Assembly (NCBI GenBank): GCA_043228905.1
Contig: JBHGNT010000002.1
Span: 24,180,001 to 24,244,000, forward strand
Reading direction: 5' to 3'
Origin: Azolla caroliniana
Taxonomy: Eukaryota; Plantae; Polypodiophyta
Length of the DNA: 64,000 nt
Shown piece by piece: positions 25,129 to 37,600 of this stretch (within the stretch, counting starts at the first letter, position 1; each line of letters opens with the position of its first letter). A program made the position numbers and the translations under genes. The notes beneath the pieces were generated by a model, which saw nothing but the letters and a program-made list of their open reading frames with translations, had not been told where the DNA came from and ran no database searches.

Positions 25129-28100
25129 CGATCACGTTGTGCAATGCAAGGCCTACCGAAACTGAGCCTCTTCGTGGGGCGGCAAGGCATGTTGGAGTGG
25201 CCCCATCGAAAAAGAAGTGCTATGTTGGGTTCTATCTATTGCAAGAACGCGAGTGACAACTTGCTCGATGGTTTGTTGGGAAAAATCGTTCAAGGTGAGA
25301 GTGGTGCAGAGTGGCTCCTCGAGGCCGGCAAGGAGCGTGTGATTTAAATGATTTGCAAAGACGTCCTGTGAGAGTTGCCGATACAGATCCTGGAATTGGA
25401 TCGTGAACTGAGAAACTGTCTCATGTGATTCCAGCTAGCGTAGAACTCGCTGAGCAGTTCCCGCTTCGGTACTTGTCGGTGAAAAAGTTCGAGGAATTGT
25501 GTGCGGATGTCTTGAAACGTCGCAAATTCCCTAGGCTCACGGTGGGCGTACCACCGCGCCGCGGGACAGTGTGAATTCAGCGATCTTGGAGACATCGACC
25601 TCCGCAGCGGTGAGACGCTACATCGAATAGTTGGCTTGCCAAATAGACACAAAAGAGCGGATGTGAGACTCCGCGTCTGGGTCATCCATATAATGGGGAT
25701 ACGGCTACGGCATAGTGTTAAAATCCGGGTCTTCTGGTAATGCCGGAAAGGGTTGAACTCTGCTTGGGTAACTTCGGGAGGGCTCAAAGGTGTGGCGAGG
25801 TCATAGCCTATGTGCGACTGTGTGTCAGGGGGCGCTATTTGTGAGTGGTGCGACTCCTGGGTCTCCGACAATGATTGTTGTGTGAGCACGGAGTCAGCAG
25901 TTTCCTCGATTGGCTCAGCACGGTGCGATTGGGCGCCGCAATGGTGGTTGGGGTTTCCACCTACATTGTTCGTTGTGTTGCGTAGCATAAACCGGGCGTG
26001 CCAAATTGTGTTGTGTCTACTTCGAGAAAACACCTTCGATTATTCTTAAGCTAATCGGGTGAAGAGGTTGTGGTACGTAGTGGTGGACAGGAATCCCCGA
26101 GCTTGCACGGATAGTTAATTACGGAAACAAAAACCGTAAGCCATAATCAGCCTTGTAAATTGCACTAAAGAACTGCGATAGCTAGTTCAAATAACACATA
26201 TAGAGTGCGCGAACAGATTAGGCCCACAAGGAAAAGTTATATAAATGTATTTAGGTATAAGAGTTACACGGCTCACGGCCGGAGTTCTATTCTCATATAC
26301 TCAGGAAAACAATAAATCTCGCTAGACAAGGTATATCTTCTACACATTCTCCCCTCTCTTCCTTCTGATTCTCCTTCTTGTTATATAGCTTCCCTTCCTA
26401 TTCGGCGCGCTTCAGTTACTCCTTTATTCTTGGCCTTCATTCTCGATTGCTCGTATTTCATTACCTTCCTCCTTCCCAGTTGTCGTTCTCCACCTACTTT
26501 TCCTACCCGTATCCTTAGATTCATTTCACATTGTATCCCTTTTGTCCGACGGATAACAATGAACTGCCACAAAGTTTTAATGGAGATACTTACAAGCTAC
26601 AATTGCCTAGTTCTATCAAGGTGCATGATACATTAACCGATGAGGGGGAGTCGGAAAGCTTCGAAGAAGCAAAGAGAGACACGCACAACCGCAAGTGGTT
26701 GAGTTCCATGTAGGATGAGATGGATTCCCTGCATGAGAACCACACATATGGATTGACGGAGTTGCCGAAAGGGAAGAGAGCACTCCGGAACAAGTGGGTG
26801 TATAAGCTGAAACCAGGAGACACTGGGAATCCACCAAGGTATAAGACCCGGATTCGGGTGAAGGGATTCCAACAGAAGTAAGGAGTGGATTTCAAGGAGA
26901 TCTTTGCCCTGGTAGTAAAGATGACTTCCATCCGGATGGTGCTAAGCGTAGCGGCAAGCATGACCCTCGAGGTAGAGCAACTAGACGTAAAGATGATGTT
27001 CCTCCACGGTGACCTTGAAGAGGAGATCTACATGCAGCAACCAGGAGGATTTGAGAAGAAAGGGAAGGAGCACCTCGTGTACTGGCTAAAGAAGAGCTTA
27101 TACGGTGTTGTGTTACTTCGCGTAGATGTGAGGAAACGTAGGCGGGACCACGGAGGCCTTGGACCGAGGAATGCAAGAAGGGAGATGAGAGAAATAGGAA
27201 GACAATGTGTCCAAGACAACAAAATCACCAGATCGGGAAATAGGAAGCAGAAATAAGAAAACAAGAAATAGAAGATAGATGCTCGGTTCCTAGTCCGAAA
27301 GCACCTCCTTCCCCTAAAATGCATAGCCTTTTTCAGCCCGTTCTCCCTCCTTTTATATACCAAGGAGGGTGGGTTGTTACATCATGTAATTATTCGGCCA
27401 CCCCCGACAACGATTTGCTTAGATCCTAACTAAGTTCATATTCCTATTCAATGTACCCTTGCTTGACCCTGTCCCTAGTCCTAGGTTCTTTATAAGTATT
27501 TATTATTCGTGCGCCTCCCGTAAGTGGCGATTCACGTGCCTTTGGTCCCCTTTTCTTCTGTGGACGGGTTTCCCCATGACATCCACCCCCGCCAAACCCG
27601 CACATCCTCTAGAATGTGCGAGGAAAGGAGTAGAGTGTGGGCAAAAACTCAGCCACGGATTACCCGTCTTCCTCTATCCGGCTGACTTCCCTGCCTTCAT
27701 CAGTTCTTCCCGGGTCGTCCCCTTCATGCTCGTTGTTCAAGCCTGGTTCTTCCTTGTACCGCTTCTTGAAGACCTTGATTCGTTTTCCCGTGCCCGGCAC
27801 TGCTATCCTCGTCCCGTCAAGCTCCGCAATATGGTATGTGGCGTCGTCGTTCGCGCTCATTACCACATAAGGGCCGAACCATCTCCTCGCAAATTTTTGT
27901 GATACCTTATGTTGGTTGTCGAGGCTGCTGTCGTACACGAACACCCAGTCGCCTTCCTCTATCTTCCTTGGTCGCAACCGGTGTGTTCGGTCGAACCGGT
28001 CCTTGTTCTTCTTTCACGTTGTCGCGTTGTTACGCGCGTGCGTGGAGAACGAGGCGGGACCACCAGGGCCTCAGACCAAGAAATAACTGAATGAAGGGAG

Positions 28101-30249
28101 GGGAAGGACTCTTACGATGTAATTCACACGCGCACAGACCCACAGAATCACAGGAATTGCAATTAGGTACAGAACGCCAGATGGAGATAGAACGAACGTT
28201 TATGTATATATATATATATGAATGAAGGTGTTACAACCGGCAAGCTGGCGAGTGATGGGCACCGACGCCTACGCACACGCACACACACATAGAACACGAG
28301 GTGGAGACTCTGCCGGTAGCACTCGGGCATCCCGCGGAGCAGAGTCAGCCTCCCAAACCCTGCACGGAACAATAAAGGGGCGACGGAGGAGAGGAGAGGA
28401 GAAGGGCTTGGTCCCAGTCCAGAGCACTTCGTTCTCTGCTAAAACACGATATCTTTTCTGTAAAAAGTAGCGTGTGGAAGCAAGTATGAAGACCGAACAG
28501 AAGGAAGAAAACTCAGGTTTAATGGAGAGCTTGAGCTTACGCAGTATACGCACTACACTACACATATGTGTGTTCCATGAACACTTTTATACAAGTCCAA
28601 GAAGGACTGACAGAAGTACTGACAGTACTTCCATGCTCATTGAGAGCTCCTACACTAACTCCCAAACATATTCCTCACGGAATATCTTTCCTAACGGCCT
28701 CCTGGTTTACGCACCGATCCGGCCCTACCTACGCACCGGTCTGCGTACCGGTTTATGCACTCGGCCTAACCGATCGTTCCAACTGATCCGGTCCTCGGCT
28801 TCTTCAGCCGATCCGGCCGATGTTGAGCTTGTCTCTCAACACCCCCTCAAGCTCAACTTGAGGCTCTTCGGGATCTTCGGACTCACAGCTCCGGTTCCTC
28901 CTGGCTTCACGTCTCGCTCACGCTCCTCGACCTGTTCGACTCTGCACGCTTCGACCCTTCCAGTCGGCTTGTCTGCTCATGTGGCCCTTATTAGTTCTTT
29001 TGTTGTTGCGGTGTTGACGCTTCTCCTGCTGCCTTTTCTTCCGCTTGGGCCTCGGTTGATTCAGCGTATCTGAATCAAACATCCGAACCGACTCGGCTAC
29101 CTCCGATCAGTTTTCGCTCTCGTCCGAGTTGGCTGTCTCCAACTTGTCTTCGGTCTTCTCGCCCTCGATGGCGTCATCTTCTCCATGCGTGGTTGGCTTA
29201 GGCTCTCTCCTTCGGCTGCTCCCCTTCTGTCCGCTTCCGGACTTTTCCGCGGGTCCGCCCTCGGCTACTTCAGCCGATCTGAAGTCGAACTCGACAACCG
29301 AGTCAAGAACCGAGTCAACCGACTCGGTGTCGCGGTCTCCGCTCCTTTCCTGCTGCCTTGCTTGGTCGTTCGGGATTGTTCTCCCCCTCAAGTGTGGCAC
29401 GTCGAGGTGACACAATTTGAGCGCACCCGAGATTTGCCGCAACTTGTCCAGACCAAGAGGTTTAGTGAAGATGTCGGCAGTCTGCCGATCCATCGGCACG
29501 TACTGAAGTTCGACTTCACCGGAAAGGACACGCTCACAGACGAAATGGTAGTCCACCTCAATGTGCTTGGTCTGTGTGTGAAAAACGGGGTTTTTTCGCG
29601 AGCTGGATGCTGCTGAGGTTGTCGTAGTAGATCGTCGTCGGATCTAACACCTTCTTTTGCAGGGCCTTAAGTAGCCGCTTCAACCATATGGCTTCGCATG
29701 TCGCGACAGCCGCTCCTCGGTACTCAGCTTCGGTGCTCGACAGCGCAACTGTCGCTTGCTTCTTACTACTCCACGCGATCGCGACACTCCCGAGCGAGAA
29801 TTGTCGAGAACTAGTCGTTCCTTATGCTCAACGCTCGGCCACAACCGAGCTTAGAATCATACACAGAAAACGGGAAGTAAATGCACGACACAAAGGAGAG
29901 AAAAGGTACGCAAGATGTTTACGTGGAAAATCCAAACTAAGGGAAAAACCCTGGCAGCCCACAGGCTGCAAACTATCACTATGTTGGAATGTACAAACAG
30001 TGAGTTCACGGAGGCAACGACCTCGTGGTCACTATCTTCGCCACGGGCGGCGGTTACAACAGAGGCAGCGACATCTTTCTCTCTCTCTCTCTCTGTACAC
30101 TGTTACACACTCTAATCTCATGCAAAACAGGAATGACAACAACAACCACACTAAAAGTTTGCCCTAAGTCATATTTATACTAATATGACTTTTCGGCTAT
30201 TTACAAATATAGCCTCGATGGACTCTCAGAAACATATTTACGAATATGT

Positions 30250-30532
30250 CTCTTCATCCGGTTCTCACCGGGTCTGCACCATCCGGCTCTCCGTAGCCCG
30301 GTACTCCTCATCCGGTTCTCACCGAGTCTGCACCATCCGGCTCTCCGTAGCCGGGTACTCCTCATCCGGATCTCACCGGGTCTGCGTCATCCGGCACTCC
30401 GTAGCCGGCTACTCCTCATCCGGTTCTCACCGGGTCTGCGTCATCCGGCTCTCCGTAGCCGGGTACTCCTCATCCGGTTCTCACCGGGTCTGCGTCATCC
30501 GGCTCTCTGTAGCCGGGTACTCCTCATCCGGT
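30250..30532. repeat. 54-bp tandem array in copia C U3 (5 units; 6 units at 35150-35488)
   Basis: Unit CTCCTCATCCGGTTCTCACCGGGTCTGCGTCATCCGGCTCTCCGTAGCCGGGTA. Confidence 0.95.
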
Positions 30533-30629
30533 TTCGGCCTCGGCCTATCGGCCTTGGCCGAGTCTGTTCATCGGCACTGTTCTTCTCTCTTCCCATCCGG
30601 AGGGACCTATCTCCCAACAAACTCCCCCT

Positions 30630-33600
30630 TCACTCCGGCATGGGATGTCTCACCAGTCCGATTCTCTTCCGGCATGCCTCTAGCTTGTCGGGTATCAGCG
30701 CTTTGGTCAACACATCTGACCCGTTCTCGGCTGTGTGGATCTTCATCAGCGCGAACTCTTGGTCATCTACTCTTTCCCGGATCCAGTGATACCTTCGCTG
30801 GATATGCTTCGTCCGGGAATGGTAGGCCGCATTCGTAGCAAGATGGATGGCACTTTGACTGTCGCAATAGAGTTGGTATTCATCTTGCCAGATACCGAGC
30901 GCTCCGATGAAGTCCTTCATCCATAATATTTCCTTGTCGGCTTCCACAGCCGCCATGTACTCCACCTCCGTGGTTGACAATGCAACCGTCTTCTGCAGCC
31001 TCGATTGCCACGAGACAGCTCCCCCTGCATATGTCATTACATACCCGGATGTAGATCGGCTGGTATCCACATCAGCCGACATGTCTGAGTCCGTGAAACC
31101 GTCAAGTTGAGGTCTTCCGGAGCCGAATCAGAGACATATATTTGAAGTGCCCTTCAAATACCGGAGTATCCATTTGACAGCGATCCAGTGCTCCTTGCCG
31201 GGATTGCTCATAAACCGGCTCACCACTTCGACTGCGTATCCTATATCCGGTCGGGTACACACCATTGCGTACATCAAGCTCCCGACAGCAGAGACATATG
31301 GAATCTTCATCATATCCGCCTTCTCTGCTTTCTTCTTTGGGCTTTGCTTACCGGATAGCCTGCAGTTTATCGGAAGTGTCGATCCGACCGGTTTCGCTTC
31401 TGACATGTTGAACTGGTAAAGCACCTCTGTCACGTACTTCTCCTGTGACAACCATAATTGCTTCTTTGACTGGTCCTGAATGATGTGCATCCCCAACATC
31501 TGTCTTGCCGGACCCAAGTCTTTCATTGAGAAGGTCCGGTTGAGAGCCTTCTTCAGCATCCGTATTTTGACTTGGTCACGTCTGACGATCAACATGTCAT
31601 CCACGTACAGAAGGAGTATCAGGAAGTCGCCTCCTTCGAACTTCTTCACAAACACGCAGTGATCGGCCTGCGTCTTGTGGTACCCTTGATCGGTCATGAA
31701 GGAATCGAACTTCCGGTACCATTGTCGGGGAGCCTACTTTAGTCCGTACAGGCTCTTCTTCAGCCGGCATACCAGGTGCTCCTTCCCTTTCTCCACAAAT
31801 CCTTCCGGTTGCTGCATGTAGATCTCCTCTTCGAGGTCGCTGTGAAGGAATGTCGTCTTCATGTCTAGCTGCTCTACCTCAAGGTCCATGCTTGCCGGTA
31901 TACTCACTACCGTCCGGATGGAGGTCGTCTTTACAACCGGGGCAAATATCTCGTCAAAGTCCACGCCCTTTTTCTGCTGGAACCCCTTCACCACGATCCT
32001 GGCTTTGTATCTCGGGGGGTTGCCGGCATCTCCTGGTTTCAACTTGTACAACCACTTGTTTCGGAGTGCCCGCTTTCCTTTCGGCAACTCCACCAATTCG
32101 TACGTATGGTTCTCATGCAAGGAATCCATCTCCTCCTGCATGGCACTTAACCATTTGCGGTTGTGGGTGTCATCCTTCGCTTCTTCAAAGCTTTCCGGCT
32201 CCCCCTCATCGATCAGCAGAACATGCTCTGCATCCGGAAATCTCCGGGGGGCCCTTCTCTCTCTGAGAGGATATCTCCGTCTTCGGGCTTCGGTAATCAG
32301 CTCCTCCACTTGCTCTTCATCCGAATCCGATTCGGGGTCTTGGCCGGTTCCAGTTTCGGCTTCCTCTACTTCTTCTTCAACCTGTTCGGTATCCTCACCG
32401 TATCCAGCTGGTCCCTCGAGTGCTAACCGGTCTCTTGCCGGTTGGGTCTGCTCATCGTAGGGTCGATCCTTACCGGTCGACTCGGAGTTCATTATCTTCT
32501 TCTCCGACTCCTACTCGGCGAGCATCTTGTCCTCCATGAAGATAATATCTCGACTCCGGAATACCTTCTTGTCGACCAGGTCCCACACTCGGTAATTGAA
32601 CTCATCGTCACCGTAACCGAGGAATATGCATGGCCGGGTCTTTGGATCTAACTTTCCTCTCCAGTCCTTAGCTACATGCACGTACGCGAGACACCCGAAT
32701 ACCTTCAGATGCTGGTAGGACACTTCCTTACCGGTCCAGACTCTCTGTGGCGTGTCTCCGTCCAAGGGTACTGAGGGTAATCTGTTTATCACGTATGTCG
32801 CTGTCGATAGTGCCTCAGCCCAAAACTTCTTGGGTAGTCTTGCATGCGCTAGCATACTCCGGACCCTCTCCATTATGGTCCGGTTCATCCTCTCGGCCAG
32901 TCCGTTTAGTTTCGGCGTCTTCGGCACGGTAAATTCGAGCCGGATTCCCTTCGAGCGGCAGTACTCCTCGAACTGCCCCTGGTATTCTCCTCCGTTATCT
33001 GCACGAACCGCCTTCAGCTTCCGGCCGGTTTCTCTTTCCACTCTCGCGTGGAGCTCTTTGAAGACGGATAGCACCTGATCCTTCGTCTTCAACGGTGTGG
33101 CCCAAAGCTTCCGGCTGTGGTCATCTATGAACGTCACAAAGTACTGCGCTCCAGCATGTGACTTCGTGTCTACTTGACACACATCCGTATGCACCAACTC
33201 CCGTGGTGCATTACGTCTCATCGTTGGCCTTGGTCGGAAGGAGGTCCGGTTTTGCTTAACGACCAGACAATCAATGCACTTCTCCAAGTGCACGTTCTTC
33301 ACTGGAATGAGGTTGTTGTCTGCAAGCCTCTTCATCCCCTTCTCGCTCATGTGACACAGCCTCTTGTGCCACAGCTCACCGGTAGTGTCGGATGCCACGT
33401 TCACTTCTTCCGGACATAACCGAGCATACATCAGGTATAGTGTGTTGACCTTCCGGGCCCGAGCCACAATCAGGCTCCCTTTGCTGAACTTCATGACACC
33501 GTTCCGGATGCTACCCGTGTAGCCTTCATCATCTAGCCGACCGGCTGATATCAGGTTCAGACGAACCTCCGGAACGTGTCGGACATCCTTTAGCAGCAAC

Positions 33601-34676
33601 TTGCATCCAGTTGGTGTTGTCAGCCACACGTCTCCTATGCCGACAATTCGGCATGTACCTTCATTCCCCATCCGGACACAGCTGTGATCACCGGATGCGT
33701 AGAATGAAAAGCATTTTCGGTCCGGGGTAAGGTGGAACGACGCTCCGGAGTCCACCACCTAGGTCATCTCATCGCCGGCAAGGTTTATCTCACTCTCCTC
33801 GGTGATGAGCATCAACTCTTCTTCACTTGCCGCGATTGCCGTCGTTCCCTTCCGGTCCGACCCCCTCCGGTCTTTACCGTTCCGGTCTGGGGTCCGCTTC
33901 GAATCGGTACCGTCGGTTTCCTTGTCTTTTCGGAAATGCTGACAGTTCTTTTGGAAGTGACCCGGTTTGCCGCAATAGAAGCAAGTAGGCCTCCCCTTTG
34001 ACTTTGACCGTGTCCCCGACTTCTCCCGGTTCTGGGGACTACGGTGTCTGTGTCTTCCGCGTTCCGATTCGGTAAGGAGCACTTTGGAGTCGGAGCTCGT
34101 ATCTTTATCTTTCCGACGCGCCTCCTCATCCAGCAAGCTTGACTTCACTCTTGCTAGGGATAACTATTTTCCTTCCAGCCCAGTGTTGCCCAAAGTGACA
34201 ACCAACGTCTCCCAGCTATCCGGGAGGGAGCCGAGCAGGAGTAGTGCTAGTACCTCGTCGGCGAGAGGTACTTCCAATGACGTTGCCTGGTGTATCAGCC
34301 CCTGGAAGGCATTCATGTGCTCCGCCATGCTGGAGCCATCTTGGTACCGTAGTCTTACTAGCTTCCGGAATACCGAAACCTGATTAACAACATTTTTGTT
34401 TTGGAACATAATGTCGATCTTCTCCCAGAGCTCATGAGCCTTGCTCTCTTCATTGAAGTTGTTGTATAGGCTCATGTCGATGAAGCACCGTATGTATGCC
34501 GTTGTCTTCATGTGCATCACCTCCCATATCGTGGCGTCGATTTTGTCCGGTCTCTTGTCCCCAAATTGAACCGGCAGCCAAAGATCTTTTAACACGAGCA
34601 TATCCCTCATCTTTGACTACTACACTGAATAGTTGGAGCCGGTGAGCTTGAACATGCCGCCCAACGATTCGTCCAT
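30630..34676 (-). pseudogene. copia C gag-pol, broken by several stops
   Basis: CFYCGKPGHFQKNC, VDSGAS, IN (DDHSRK, RADNGGEY, NGLAER), RT LYVDD, RH KHIQRRYHW. Confidence 0.93.
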
Positions 34677-37600
34677 TTTCTGTGTCGTTTCGCTCTGATA
34701 CCACTTGTCGAGAACTAGTCGTTCCTTATGCTCAACGCTCGGCCACAACCGAGCTTAGAATCATACACAGAAAATGGGAAGTAAATGCACAACACAAAGG
34801 AGAGAAAAGGTACACAACATGTTTACGTGGAAAACCCAAACTAAGGGAAAAACCACGACAACCCATAGGCTGCAAACTATCACTATGTTGGAATGTACAA
34901 ACAATGAGTTCACGGAGGCAACGACCTCGTGCTCACTATCTTCACCACGGGCGGCGGTTACAACAGAGGCAACGACCTCTTTCTCTCTCTCTCTCTCTGT
35001 ACACTGTTACACACTCTAATCTCGTGCAAAACAGGAATGACAACAACCACACTAAAAGTTTGCCCTATGTCATATTTATACTAATATGACTTTTCGGCTA
35101 TTTACAAATATAGCCTCGATGGACTCTCAGAAACATATTTACGAATATGTCTCTTCATCCGGTTCTCACCGGGTCTACACCATCCGGCTCTCCGTAGCTG
35201 GGTACTCCTCATCCGGTTCTCACCGGGTCTGCACCATCCGGCTCTCCGTAGCCGGGTACTCCTCATTCGGATCTCACCGGGTCTGCATCATCCGGCTCTC
35301 CGTAGCCGGGTACTCCTCATCCGGTTCTCACCAAGTTTGCGTCATCCGGCTCTCCGTAGCCGGGTACTCCTCATCCGGTTCTCACCGGGTCTGCGTCATC
35401 CAGCTCTCCGTAGCCGGGTACTCCTCATCTGTTTCTCACCGGGTCGGCGTCATCCGACTCTCCGTAGTCAGGTACTCCTCATCCGGTTTCGGCCTCGGCC
35501 TATCGGCCTTGGCCGAGTCTGTTCATCGGCACTGTTCTTCTCTCTTCCCATCCGGAGGGACCTGTCTCCCAACAAGAACGCGTATCCGGACGTGGATCGG
35601 TGATCAGCGGCGTTGCCAGCCCAATCAACATAGGTGTAGCCGACTAACTGCGCGGCTGCACCGGTCCGATATAGCAGTTCCCGGTCCATAGCGCCGTTGA
35701 CATACCGAAGTATGTGTTGCGCACACTAAAGGTGCTCCTCGATAGGTCGCGCCATGAACTGACTGATCACTCCGACCGGATAACTGAGGTCGGGTCGGGT
35801 GATGGTCAAGCATATCAGGCTTCTGACAATTTGTCGGAACCTCGTCGGGTCGCATACCTTTCCCGTATCGGGACGAAGCTTGACGGTTCTGTCCAGAGGA
35901 GTCGAGACGGACTTACAGTCGGCCATCCCGAATTTGAAGAGCATATTCAGCGCGTAATGACGTTGGCTGATTAGTATGCCTTCGGGGGTGCGGATCACTT
36001 CGATCCCGAGAAAGTAATGAAGGTCCCCTAGATCCTTCATGTCGAACGATGCCACAAGTTGGAGCTTCACGCGGTCGATTTCACCGAGGTCGGCGCCGGT
36101 GATGACCAAGTCATCAACATATAGTAAAGTACTAACCGGTCCGAGTCGACCTTTCCGGATGAACAGGGAAGAGTCCGATTTTGACGTGACAAAGCCCATC
36201 CGATGCAATTGTTGCGTGATCTTCGCGTTCCAGGCACGCGGGGCTTGCTTCAGTCCGTAAAGGTACTTCTTCAATCGGCATACTGCCGAGGAGTTCGTTT
36301 CGGAGTGAAATCCGAGGGGCTGTACCATGTATACTTGTTACTCAAGGTCACCTTGCAGGAACGCATTCTTTACATCCATCTGATGTAGGTGCCACCCCTT
36401 GGCCGCGGCTACGGCAAGCAAAACACGGACGGTCATCATTTTTGCGACCGGCGCAAATGTCTCATCGTAGTCGATGCCGTGTTTCTGCGCGTAGCCCTTT
36501 GCCACTAGCCGAGCCTTGTACCAGTTGACAGAGCCATCGGTGTTGTACTTGACCTTGTACACCCACCTACACCCGATCGGCTTCACACCCTTCGGTGCGT
36601 CAACCCGGTCCCAGGTCTCGTTCTCCGCCAATGCGTGCATCTCTTCCTCCATCACGGCACACCAAGTCGCGTCTTTAGCCGCTTCTGTGTAGCTCTCCGG
36701 CTCACGCACTTCCGCTACACGGGTCATGTACGCATAGTGATGCGCCATGTACTCGTTGTATCCGAACCGCAAAACAGGATTCTTCTGGCGGGAAGATCGG
36801 CGTAATCTCACATTAGCAGATGTCGAGGCCTTCTCGGTCGACGCGGACTTCACCTTTAAAGACCCGTCACCGGTTCCCTCGGAGTCGGACTCGCGTCGGT
36901 CTGACTCGTTCCCATCCGTGCCGGAATCCGACACCTTCTTCTTCCCTTTCTCTTTGCACATAAACCGTCTCCTCAGCTTCCTGCGCAGGGAATGCACGGC
37001 CGAGTCTCCACTACTCGCCGGCTCTTCATCGGACTGGTCGCACCGACTCAGTCGTCCAATCGGTCCACTTAAACTTAAACGGAGTGAAATCGGACTCTCT
37101 TCGCGGGTCTCGAATTCGGGCTCATCCGGAGGCCTCTCGGGCTCGCTGACCTCATCGTCCGAGCTCGGATTGGAGTCGAGGTTCGGAGTCGAGGGCTGGT
37201 ACCAGGACGCGGACTCGTCAAACACAACATCGCGGCTAACACGCGCTTGTTTGGTGTGAGGGTTATAGCACTTATAACCCTTCTGCTCATCCGAGTAACC
37301 GACCAAGATGCATTTCTCGGCTTTTGCGTCCAGCTTCCTCCTTTTCTTCCTCGGTACATGCACATACGCAATGCTACCGAACACCCTCAAGTGTCACAAG
37401 TTCGGCTTCGTTCCGAAATATAGCTCGTGCGCCGACACTTTGTCTCCGATCCGGTTCTGGATGTATACTGCGGTCCTTACCGCCTCGGCCCAGTAGAACT
37501 TGGGCAAGCTCTTCTCCTCCAGCATTGCCCGTGCCGCTTCCACAACTGACCGATTCTTCCTCTCGGCCACGCCGTTCTGGTCCGGCGTGTATCTACAACT

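Larger units (their letters stand above)
18327..26571 (-). mobile_element. Degenerate Ty3/gypsy element L (LTR-like 26100-26571, gag with two Zn knuckles, deletion directly to IN), interrupted by copia D
   Basis: gag remnant 25130-26033 and 18746-19300 (CPICHSRVHMTDQC). IN remnant 18330-18740 (STSYCPQGNG, DWDDKLHSALW). Confidence 0.65.
29802..35574 (-). mobile_element. Ty1/copia element C, full length (Tnt1-like protein sequence)
   Basis: LTRs 34706-35574 and 29802-30619. TSD AGAAT/AGAAC. PBS TGGTATCAGAGCG (34691-34703). PPT aagggggagtt. Confidence 0.95.

Noticed and set aside
30185-30838. ORFs with 18-aa repeats (YSSSGSHRVCVIRLSVAG; also 35086-35691)
   Set aside because: Antisense read-through of the 54-bp LTR array; the unit length is simply a multiple of 3.
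35150-35488. CRISPR-like array
   Set aside because: Head-to-tail units with no unique spacers, inside a eukaryotic LTR, and no cas genes.
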